A stretch of DNA of 42,867 nt, taken from the NCBI GenBank assembly GCA_038045005.1, contig JBBSYZ010000013.1, positions 1 to 42,867 on the forward strand. The letters run 5' to 3'. Positions 6,965-14,669 of the stretch are shown here, piece by piece. The notes below the pieces were generated by a model. The model made no database searches, was not told the DNA's origin, and worked only from the letters and a program-made list of their open reading frames with translations. Numbering within the stretch: position 1 is the first letter of the stretch; the number at the start of each line of letters is the position of its first letter. The position numbers and the translations under genes were made by a program. This DNA is from Nanobdellota archaeon (GTDB lineage Archaea; Nanobdellota; Nanobdellia; Woesearchaeales; GW2011-AR9).

Positions 6965-9304
6965 TTATGATAGTCCCAAGTCCAGATCTATTTCAAACAA
7001 GTTCTTGTAAGTTTTTATCTGAAATACCTGTTGCCCTCTTTCCAACAATCCCTGAGCAAAAGATCTCATCTTGTTTTGCGCTTCTGAATCATTGTATCCA
7101 ACATCAGAATAATCCGCCCCATTATATTGGATGTATACAAATTCATGTCCTCTTTCTATCAGGTGATCAGCAGCGGCAAGCGCCCGGTCATGATTCCTGA
7201 TATAACCGTCGCTAAGCATTACGGTTAGTATCCTTTTATCTGGGTTTTCCCGTCCATGCTGTTTAAATAACCCTAAAAATTTTTTGATTTCCAGATTCTC
7301 GATACAGGCATCTCCGTATCCGTTATAGATGTAATTAAGTATCTTTTTCTCGTCTTCACTCCAGCCGGAAAACCTCGAATGATTACCGAACAAGAACGCG
7401 CCATAATTAACTCCAACAACGCCTAGCTCTTTGACCGTGTCTACGAAAGAACGCGCCAAGATACAAAAACAATCATATCCCTGTATTCCTGAATCTTTTT
7501 TTCTGAACCTTTCCCGGTCCCCGACTAAAGAGTAACCCATGCTTGCGCTGACATCGCCGATGAAAAGAACGTCTCTATCGAATGTTAACGGCTGCGGCGT
7601 GACCTCTTCCTTGACGGTTATCGGCGCCTGATGCTGATAAAATTGAAATTCTCCGGTTGGGAGAGCGATCGTACTCCCCCAGGCGATACCATCTAAGCTG
7701 GCGCCGATGCCGAATTCATTCAGCTCTGTTTTTGAAGCGTGCCCGATAACAAATTCAGATACGGTGGGCTCGTCTGAAGGTCTTACAGGAACCTTAAGTT
7801 TGCCGGCCAGTTTCTTATACAGCTGATCAATCTGAGAAAACTGAAGTTCTACTTTAGCTTCACCCATCGTTCCTGGAAGACCATGATCGCAGACATGAGG
7901 CTGCAAAAAAGGGGGTATTCCCTTGAACCCATCCCTGTTTACCTTGTACTTATTGATATAATCTTCTGGTCCGGGTCCGAATGCCCCCGACGGATTTCCT
8001 CTCCCCTTACCTGGATTGTCTTTAGAGAGATCTTCTAACGGATCGATCCTATTATCTTGTAGAGTTTCCGGAAGTTCGATTTCATTCCCTTCCCCAAAAT
8101 TATCTTCTCCATAATCAGAGGTGTCATCGCCAAAACTATCACTCTTTGAGCGATGGTCCACTTCCCCATTTATCTTATTCCTGAACTTTTTGTCTTTCTC
8201 ATATTTTTGGGTAAAATATTCTCCAGATGGTTTAAATGCGCCCCCGGAAATTCCTCCCGTTGCTGATCCTTGTTGCCCTTGCCCTTGTTGTCCATCGCCC
8301 TGTTGTCCTTGTGGTTGGCATTGCTGTTGCCCTTGCCCTTGTTGTCCGTCGCCCTGTTGTCCTTGTGATTGTCCTTGCTGTTGCCCTTGCCCTTGTTGTC
8401 CATCGCCCTGTTGTCCTTGTGATTGTCCTTGCTGTTGCCCTTGCCCTTGTCCCTGCCCTTGATCATACTGGTTAGGATCCGGCTGTTGCTGGTTGTCCAG
8501 CAAGTCATAGATTCTCTTTGTAAATTCATAAGCTTTGAGGTTCCACTTCTCCTTATCGTTCAGTTCTCCATAATAATCAAGCTCTTCATCACGGGAAAGA
8601 TCATTGTTCATGAGCTTGTCAGCTAATTCTTCACTATCACTAAAAATGTGAAAAAGATCTCTTGCCAGTTCTCCAGAATAATCTCTAGTGATGCCGCTTG
8701 CATATTCTCTAATCTCCCCTTCTCTCCAGAATGTCTTTAACTGCAGATCAACAAATTGGCCGAATAGTTGTTGGAATCCCTGTTGTTCACATTGGCCGTT
8801 TTCAGATCGGTGTAGGGAATTAAGAAAATAAAACGAGCTCATGCCGTTCCTGAACGATCCGCGTTCCTTATCTTTTAATGCATAACTGCAGTTGACAATA
8901 TAATCTTCAAATAGGTTGGCAACTTCAGGCACTAATTGGTCTTTCCTTCCATCAGCAACATCAAGCTCTTCCAAGGCGTCCCTGATACCTTCAACAATCT
9001 TCTTAAAATATTCTTCATCTCCCGGGCAGCCGAAGAAACCTTCGGGATTTTGGTTATGACCTAACTCGTGAAAAGATACGGCATACAACAAATCGTCGAG
9101 CAGATTCTTGCCGGGAATCAGACCTTGCGGAATCTGTTGCAGACTTTCTTCGATATTGCTGTCAACAGTAACATTGATTTTCCAATTCTGGATGTTGATG
9201 CAAGCATCTACATAGTAGGAAACGTCATCTACATTAGCCTCTACCTTGAACTTTCTGGCATTGATCTTCTTTACAATTCCCTTAAGTTTTTGTTCTAATG
9301 TCAT
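6965..9304 (-). CDS. Putative zincin (HExxH) N-domain, Q/G-rich linker and C-terminal von Willebrand A domain (DUF2201/COG3864-like MoxR partner)
   Basis: SFHELGH occupies aa 77-83 (its HELGH core is nt 9056-9070). It also has a Q/G tandem repeat, the MIDAS-like motif GDVSASMG (DxSxS) and MLSDGY. Confidence 0.75.
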   Translation of the reverse strand: MTLEQKLKGIVKKINARKFKVEANVDDVSYYVDACINIQNWKINVTVDSNIEESLQQIPQGLIPGKNLLDDLLYAVSFHELGHNQNPEGFFGCPGDEEYFKKIVEGIRDALEELDVADGRKDQLVPEVANLFEDYIVNCSYALKDKERGSFRNGMSSFYFLNSLHRSENGQCEQQGFQQLFGQFVDLQLKTFWREGEIREYASGITRDYSGELARDLFHIFSDSEELADKLMNNDLSRDEELDYYGELNDKEKWNLKAYEFTKRIYDLLDNQQQPDPNQYDQGQGQGQGQQQGQSQGQQGDGQQGQGQQQGQSQGQQGDGQQGQGQQQCQPQGQQGDGQQGQGQQGSATGGISGGAFKPSGEYFTQKYEKDKKFRNKINGEVDHRSKSDSFGDDTSDYGEDNFGEGNEIELPETLQDNRIDPLEDLSKDNPGKGRGNPSGAFGPGPEDYINKYKVNRDGFKGIPPFLQPHVCDHGLPGTMGEAKVELQFSQIDQLYKKLAGKLKVPVRPSDEPTVSEFVIGHASKTELNEFGIGASLDGIAWGSTIALPTGEFQFYQHQAPITVKEEVTPQPLTFDRDVLFIGDVSASMGYSLVGDRERFRKKDSGIQGYDCFCILARSFVDTVKELGVVGVNYGAFLFGNHSRFSGWSEDEKKILNYIYNGYGDACIENLEIKKFLGLFKQHGRENPDKRILTVMLSDGYIRNHDRALAAADHLIERGHEFVYIQYNGADYSDVGYNDSEAQNKMRSFAQGLLERGQQVFQIKTYKNLFEIDLDLGLS
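8277..8461. repeat. 54-nt tandem repeat, about 3.4 copies, encoding (GQGQQQGQSQGQQGDGQQ)n
   Basis: Copies lie at 8277-8330, 8331-8384 and 8385-8438, with a partial fourth. Copies 2 and 3 differ at one base. Confidence 0.9.
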
Positions 9305-9340
9305 GGTTACCAGTTTTCATCATATCCATCAAAATTGTCA

Positions 9341-10024
9341 TCAAACAGAATACCCTTTGTTTGCTCTCGCTTCATGATATCCATTGGCAGATCTGATTAA
9401 AGCATCAACCGTTCCTGATTTGTGATATTCTTCACGCATACTTTTCTCAGTAAGATATTCTTCATCGTCAAGAATGACATCTGAACTGACACATTCGTCG
9501 ATAAAATCTTGTATTGAATCGTAAGGTATAGGTCTGAACCTATGTCTGCCTTTCTGCTGCACGAAACGCTGCACGTCAGTCCTGATAAACCTAGCTTCTT
9601 CTTCGTAGCCTTCTGCAACAGACTGTTTATAGGAATTCATCAATATTCCGAGAGCAAAGCCCCATAAGTTATCTTTTAATAACTGCCCAAGCTGAACTGA
9701 AGACGATCCATTTTGCGGTTGGTTTATAGGGGGAAATCCAGATACGTTAGGTGAAGTGAATTGTGGGGCTGGTTGATTCACGGGAGTATATGCCGGCTGC
9801 GGCATCCCGGCCGGCTGGGGATCCAGAGGATCGGAAGAATACGCTTCTTCCGGTCCATTATCATAATCACCACCATAGTCGCTCCCATCATCTCTTTTTG
9901 GCGTGACTCTAACCGGTTCTTCTTTTATCATCCTTGGCTGTTTTATCGGGGTTTGAGAACTGGCTGCTTCATCTAATATCTTTTTCAGATCGTCAATGTT
10001 TCCTAATATGTCCTTCGGATTCAT
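9341..10024 (-). CDS. Hypothetical protein with an N-terminal DILGNIDDL helix, a P/Q-rich linker and an unknown C-domain
   Basis: 227 aa. Its start overlaps the AAA gene stop (ATGA). It has the low-complexity stretch PLDPQPAGMPQPAYTPVNQPAPQF. Confidence 0.55.
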   Translation of the reverse strand: MNPKDILGNIDDLKKILDEAASSQTPIKQPRMIKEEPVRVTPKRDDGSDYGGDYDNGPEEAYSSDPLDPQPAGMPQPAYTPVNQPAPQFTSPNVSGFPPINQPQNGSSSVQLGQLLKDNLWGFALGILMNSYKQSVAEGYEEEARFIRTDVQRFVQQKGRHRFRPIPYDSIQDFIDECVSSDVILDDEEYLTEKSMREEYHKSGTVDALIRSANGYHEARANKGYSV

Positions 10025-11157
10025 TTTTCATAACCTCTTATCACATCCGCAACTTCAACATCATAATCCTGCGACCGGTTTTCAAAGTCCTTGATGTTGG
10101 CCATCCAGACATCTTTCTCTTTGGCATATTTCTGCAGAAAATCAAGCATTCCCTGCTGATTCCCAGAGACTATGCATTTTACCAGATCCTTCTGGTGATC
10201 AGTATAAAATTTGGCAAACCGCCCATATGCTGAATTAATCACTCCTTGCACGGCGGCAAACTTATTGCCCTGATAAATTTTTTTTACCCATTGGCTGTTT
10301 ACCTCAATCTTACTATACAGGATGAATGGAGCCAGAGCAAGAATGTCTTCAGGTTTGACTTCAAGATTTTTAAGATAATCAGATTCCATAAATCTTTTTG
10401 TTGTTATCCTTTTCTTGCTGTCTGAACCGGCTGATTGTATTATCTGGACCAAAGACTTATAGGCGCGAACAGCAGCTACTGCTTTTCCTACGCTTTGCAG
10501 GTTGATCAGGCTTCGGTTTGTAGGAGCGTAAACACTGCCACAAATATTATTTTCTTCAGCCGCATGATGGCATCCTTTACAAAGGTCTAATGTGAACGCG
10601 ATCCCTTCTTTTGATCCGGTAGAACTTTTGATGCAGTTGCTTAGTCCGGAGAGGTATACTAAAAATTCGCGGGTCATCGCCGATAATGGTATCGAGCCAA
10701 TGCTTTGATATAATTGGATGACAGTATCCGTCATCGATCCGTCAACCTTTTCAACGGTTATAGCGCTGCTTTTCCTTCTCTTTATCATGTCCCTGATGTC
10801 CTGCTTTAAAGACTTGAACTGGTCAATAGGAATCTCGATGACCATCCTGTCACGGACAGCCTTGTCCATCTCTGCAATGCCTTTATATTCAGCCCCTTCG
10901 TTGATGGTCAGTATCCTGTATTGATATCGCTGACCTTTTGGAAGCTCTACCCCGACAGCAAAGTCAAGCCCTTTAATGTTGAACTCGTATTCTAGGTAAG
11001 GGATGAGAATGTTCTGGATAAGCGCTGGAGCCCTGTTGGCTTCGTTCAAGATAACTCCTGGATATGTGAGGATTGGAGTTGTACCGATGGATTCTTTCAG
11101 TGTCGCTCCGCCCTTTATCTTTCCAAAGTCAATATCTATGAATGCTTCTTCGTTCAT
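10021..11157 (-). CDS. MoxR-like AAA+ ATPase, C-terminal fragment (Walker B, sensor and lid regions)
   Basis: GVILNEANRAPALIQNILIPYLE matches the MoxR hhhhDEhNRAxxxxQxxLL region but has Asn at the Walker B Asp position. It is in the same frame as 11194..11439. Confidence 0.7.
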   Translation of the reverse strand: MNEEAFIDIDFGKIKGGATLKESIGTTPILTYPGVILNEANRAPALIQNILIPYLEYEFNIKGLDFAVGVELPKGQRYQYRILTINEGAEYKGIAEMDKAVRDRMVIEIPIDQFKSLKQDIRDMIKRRKSSAITVEKVDGSMTDTVIQLYQSIGSIPLSAMTREFLVYLSGLSNCIKSSTGSKEGIAFTLDLCKGCHHAAEENNICGSVYAPTNRSLINLQSVGKAVAAVRAYKSLVQIIQSAGSDSKKRITTKRFMESDYLKNLEVKPEDILALAPFILYSKIEVNSQWVKKIYQGNKFAAVQGVINSAYGRFAKFYTDHQKDLVKCIVSGNQQGMLDFLQKYAKEKDVWMANIKDFENRSQDYDVEVADVIRGYEK

Positions 11158-11193
11158 ACCTGGAGTTATCGTCCTGTTGACATATTGTCCTGT

Positions 11194-11439
11194 TCAAAAG
11201 AAGGCGTTCATGGCCATCTTGGCCAGATGAGTCTTACCTCCTCCGCTTTTTCCGGTCTCAAGAATGTCAGCATTTGCTATGGCTCCGATGGTAAGAAAAT
11301 CCTTGATATCTAAAGATACGGTTTCTCCCTCGTTCATCCCCTGCAATCGTACAAATTCTCTGGACTGCCTGAAATCAGTAGTTAAACTCCTTAACCTGTC
11401 TTCGAGCGTTGCAATATCTTTAATATCAGTTGGTTTCAT
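11194..11439 (-). CDS. MoxR-like AAA+ ATPase, N-terminal fragment (Walker A), ending at an in-frame TGA
   Basis: Walker A is ETGKSGGGKTHLAKMA. A TGA at 11194-11196 is followed by 12 open codons (TGQYVNRTITPG) in frame with the next ORF. Confidence 0.65.
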   Translation of the reverse strand: MKPTDIKDIATLEDRLRSLTTDFRQSREFVRLQGMNEGETVSLDIKDFLTIGAIANADILETGKSGGGKTHLAKMAMNAFF

Positions 11440-11617
11440 CTTCTTGAACTTCCTCCGGAACTTTTATCTTCACTTCAACAAGTGTTTTAGGCTTTAATTT
11501 AGTGTTAAGAATTTTAGGGATGACAATAATACTTTGACTTCCTTGTTTTGAGATCTGTTTTGTTAGTGTGAATTCAGCCATTTTCATATGTCTCTGATAT
11601 GCAAGACACCATACCAA
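11426..11617 (-). CDS. Small AbrB/SpoVT-like DNA-binding protein heading the operon
   Basis: KQISKQGSQSIIVIPKILNTKLKPKTLVEVKI resembles the swapped-hairpin AbrB motif. It overlaps the ATPase start by 14 nt, and a TTTATAAATA box lies upstream at about 11660-11675. Confidence 0.5.
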   Translation of the reverse strand: MVWCLAYQRHMKMAEFTLTKQISKQGSQSIIVIPKILNTKLKPKTLVEVKIKVPEEVQEDETN

Positions 11618-11806
11618 ATGTTATCCACCCCTTGGAAATTATTATTCAAGAACGTAGTTTATTTATAAATATTTCGGCGGTTTACTGTTATCCAGTAACA
11701 ACATATTTTAATCAAAAGAATGGGTAGTGCGAAGATTTGACTGATGCAATTTTAAACAATCAGTTCAAGATGCGGAAAGTTATCAATCAAATATTGACAC
11801 AACCAA

Positions 11807-12343
11807 TTATTCTAACACCAACTTCTGCCAATTCTCCCGGTAATACCTGTATTTCGCATCAAATTCTTCTTTAGGTGTCAACGAGATACCCAGCTTCTGC
11901 AATTTATCTTTCAACAGCCGCAGCGTTTCTTCCTGATCTTCCGGGGAAGACATCTTCTCCAATTCAAGGATATGCCCATATCCTCTGGTGCAGTCCAGCA
12001 TTACGCTGATACCTTCCCAATCAAACACCATCCTTTTCCGGAACCATTTGATATTAACTCCATATCCCAAACTTAAAAACAGTTTCTCCAGTATCTCAAA
12101 ATCTTCTTTATTAAATTTAATCTCTATCTCCTCGCGCTGCTCATCATGCAGTTTTCCTTTCTTAAGCCAGATTTTTGAATAAGTGTTATTGCGCTGGATG
12201 CGTAAATCCTGTTCGGCATCAAAGTAATAGGTTTCCTGATCGTCGTCGCTGATGAATTCAGCATTCTCTTTGAAAAATTCTAATAATTCTTCATACTTTT
12301 CCTGAGAAATAAAACTGCGGATCTCTATCTCAATGTTGTTCAT
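11807..12343 (-). CDS. CYTH-domain protein (CyaB/ThTPase-like triphosphate tunnel metalloenzyme)
   Basis: The N-terminal IEIEIRSF matches the ExExK/R signature, and the later REEIEIKF and ILELE are consistent with the tunnel fold. Confidence 0.65.
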   Translation of the reverse strand: MNNIEIEIRSFISQEKYEELLEFFKENAEFISDDDQETYYFDAEQDLRIQRNNTYSKIWLKKGKLHDEQREEIEIKFNKEDFEILEKLFLSLGYGVNIKWFRKRMVFDWEGISVMLDCTRGYGHILELEKMSSPEDQEETLRLLKDKLQKLGISLTPKEEFDAKYRYYRENWQKLVLE

Positions 12344-12360
12344 AAATTCTTCAGCTCCTA

Positions 12361-12690
12361 TCAGACTAAGGTAATCTCTATTTTATTCTTTCCGGTAGGC
12401 TCGATTATTACTTCCCGCCCTTTCCTAAGCTTCAAGATTTCAGCGATCGCTTTAGGGACTTTAACGTCAAGAGATGAGCCTGAAGTGCCTATATGTGTCT
12501 TTCGCGCCAAACCCCAGATTCCAGCTTCTTTTGCTTTTTCTTCAATCTGCTTGCTTACTGCTCCTTCAAATATAGTCTCTTCGCAGACCGGGCACACTAG
12601 AGCTTCAAATTTGCCCAGCGAGATTCCTAATTGAATAAAATCAACTTTTTTCTTGACAAAACTTGCTTTTTCACATTTATAACATTCCAT
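12361..12690 (-). CDS. Antitoxin-like protein: YgiT/MqsA-type zinc ribbon fused to an AbrB/SpoVT-like domain
   Basis: CYKC...CPVC zinc ribbon. The C-terminal LDVKVPKAIAEILKLRKGREVIIEP is AbrB-like. Confidence 0.6.
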   Translation of the reverse strand: MECYKCEKASFVKKKVDFIQLGISLGKFEALVCPVCEETIFEGAVSKQIEEKAKEAGIWGLARKTHIGTSGSSLDVKVPKAIAEILKLRKGREVIIEPTGKNKIEITLV

Positions 12691-12694
12691 GATT

Positions 12695-12907
12695 TCACCC
12701 GTTGATAAATACTGTTTTTATTAAAAACTTTGAACTTATTTTTTTATACGCAACCGAATAATAACTATAAACCGCAAGGAAACCACCGGTCTGTTGGTAT
12801 TTTGAGCCGCGCTCTAATGCTTCAAGGATCTGTTGAACCGATACCCCTTCAATATGCATCTTCTCTTGTGCGTGTTTTGTAACCACCAAATCTTCTTCAG
12901 TTAGCAT
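12695..12907 (-). CDS. DUF4258-like toxin candidate
   Basis: 70 aa with VTKHAQEKMHIEGVSVQQILEAL, the pattern typical of DUF4258. It lies 4 nt upstream of the Zn-ribbon/AbrB gene. Confidence 0.55.
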   Translation of the reverse strand: MLTEEDLVVTKHAQEKMHIEGVSVQQILEALERGSKYQQTGGFLAVYSYYSVAYKKISSKFLIKTVFING

Positions 12908-12959
12908 TTATACGCACCAATACGTACCAATACGTACTAATATATTTAAATCTTTCCTC

Positions 12960-13997
12960 TCAAAAGAAATTATTCAGCCCCTTCTGCGCCATCTCTTTCT
13001 GGATCTCTTTTAATTTTTCCAATTTTGCCCTTACTCTTTCTTCCCCGAAATCGTGCTCTTCCACCAATAATTTCAACAGTTTCTGCTCATCTATCTTTTT
13101 CCATTCCAGCGAATAATTATCGGTTACTGGGATATTTTTTATGGTGTCGAAAACTTTTTCCCACGATAATTCAGAATAATGCCGTTCCCATCCCGCCAGC
13201 CGGAAGATCTCCTCAAAATTCTTCCCATGCTCTTTCAGCAATTTCAATCCGGTTTTCGGGCCGATGCCCTTCACGCCGCCAGGGTTATAATCGGTGCCGA
13301 CTAAAATAGCCAGCACTATCAGCTGGTCTAAATCCAACCGAAGATTGTCCAGCACTTCCTGAAGCGAGATCATCTCCGGATTTACTTTCTGATAGGCGAA
13401 AGTTCCTGCTTTTTTACGTCTTCCTTCCACGGACAAGTTCCTCACCAGCAGCGGGCAGCCGAAGATCAAGTTGTCGTAATCCTGACTCACAGAAGCATAA
13501 GCGTCGCCATTTTTTACCATCCTGGCGGTCTGCGCTTCTCCTTCCGACGGCGCCTGCACGATAGGCAGACCCAAAGCCATTATTATTTCCTTAGCGTCTT
13601 CAATCATCTCTTTATTCAGTACCGCCGTCCTCGCGGCATATTTGCGCATCGCACCGACATCTCCCTTCACTTCCGCTCCCTTAAATTTCAATAACGCTTC
13701 TTTCTTTACCTGCGCCCTTTTTTCCCAGGTCTTCTGCTTGATCTCAGGAGCTTTTCCGTCAAAGACAAATACTAATTTCAATCCCTTCTCCATCAGGACT
13801 GTGGTCCTGCTGAAAAGCCCAATCAGATGCGAAGTTACCCGGCCCTTGCTGTCGGTGAGCACCGAACCGTCAGGTGAACGGATGGTAGTAAGAAACTGAT
13901 ATAACAGATTCATGGAATCTACCGCTAAGACTTTGCCTTTAAGGTCGCTGATGGAAATCTCTTTCTTTACCATCAATTCTTTAAAATTCAAGCCCAT
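12960..13997 (-). CDS. fen: Flap endonuclease 1 (FEN1)
   Basis: MGLNFKEL...LAVDSMNLLYQFL...VFVFDGKAPEIK. It has an H3TH region (GTDYNPGGVKGIGPKT) and a C-terminal PIP box (QKGLNNFF). Confidence 0.95.
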   Translation of the reverse strand: MGLNFKELMVKKEISISDLKGKVLAVDSMNLLYQFLTTIRSPDGSVLTDSKGRVTSHLIGLFSRTTVLMEKGLKLVFVFDGKAPEIKQKTWEKRAQVKKEALLKFKGAEVKGDVGAMRKYAARTAVLNKEMIEDAKEIIMALGLPIVQAPSEGEAQTARMVKNGDAYASVSQDYDNLIFGCPLLVRNLSVEGRRKKAGTFAYQKVNPEMISLQEVLDNLRLDLDQLIVLAILVGTDYNPGGVKGIGPKTGLKLLKEHGKNFEEIFRLAGWERHYSELSWEKVFDTIKNIPVTDNYSLEWKKIDEQKLLKLLVEEHDFGEERVRAKLEKLKEIQKEMAQKGLNNFF

Positions 13998-14042
13998 CGA
14001 AAATCACCCGTGCAATAGTTTAGCGCCATCATTTTAACACCC

Positions 14043-14669
14043 TCATTTTACCAGATCCAGCAATTTTTTATAATTTTTGCTGGATTTATTAGCCCACCGG
14101 TATGCCTGAAGCATAGCTAATGAAATTGCCGCTCCGCCGGGGACTAAAAAGACCCCCCCGGCAACTGTGTACATCGCTCTTTTTTTCCAGCGTTCGGTAT
14201 TTAAGGTCTGCCTGATCTCATCTACTTCTTCTTTCTTGTACACCGCTGCTGCCACCATCATAAGGTCTCTTTCTTCTCCCAGGGAATGAATCAGGCGCTT
14301 TTTGTTAAACCAAAATACGATTCCGGACTTTCCTTCCGGCAATGGAGAGACTAAAGAGGCTTGTTTCTGACGTTCTATGAACAAGCCCTGCAGCAGTTCT
14401 TCCATGAAACGCACCCTTTTAAGCAGGCTCTTGAAAACTATGCTGCGGTGCCCTTCCGATTTTATCAGCAGCACATAACCAAGAATCTTATGAAAATCCT
14501 TCATCAGGTTCTGCAGAAGTACATTGGAAGAAGCGGTCAGCTCTTTGAATTGCGATAAGTTCTTTGCGTCCGCTCTCCGGGAATCAATCTCGTTCAGCTG
14601 TAAGAACACTTTTTCGATCTCTTTTTGAAGCAGTATTATCTCCGCTTCCATCTTCTGCTTATCAATCAT
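14043..14669 (-). CDS. Hypothetical coiled-coil protein with a C-terminal membrane segment
   Basis: 208 aa with a hydrophobic segment VAGGVFLVPGGAAISLAMLQAY. It overlaps the upstream gene by 8 nt. Confidence 0.45.
   Translation of the reverse strand: MIDKQKMEAEIILLQKEIEKVFLQLNEIDSRRADAKNLSQFKELTASSNVLLQNLMKDFHKILGYVLLIKSEGHRSIVFKSLLKRVRFMEELLQGLFIERQKQASLVSPLPEGKSGIVFWFNKKRLIHSLGEERDLMMVAAAVYKKEEVDEIRQTLNTERWKKRAMYTVAGGVFLVPGGAAISLAMLQAYRWANKSSKNYKKLLDLVK

Noticed and set aside
8121-8462. 113-aa plus-strand ORF with a striking Cys/Pro-rich repeat (CCPCPCCPSPCC...), plus alternative-frame ORFs 8170-8529 and 8236-8475.
   Set aside because: These are antisense or out-of-frame readings of the 54-nt Q/G tandem repeat inside the well-supported VWA gene. 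A repeat keeps all frames open, so they are artefacts.
11194-11196. Genome-wide TGA reassignment (code 4/25-like) as the explanation for the in-frame TGA in the ATPase.
   Set aside because: TGA terminates several genes at family-typical lengths (phnX, trm1, the GT4 gene, ORF 2181-2600), so the standard code fits. Sec recoding is also unlikely without any visible Sec machinery or context, though this was not tested.
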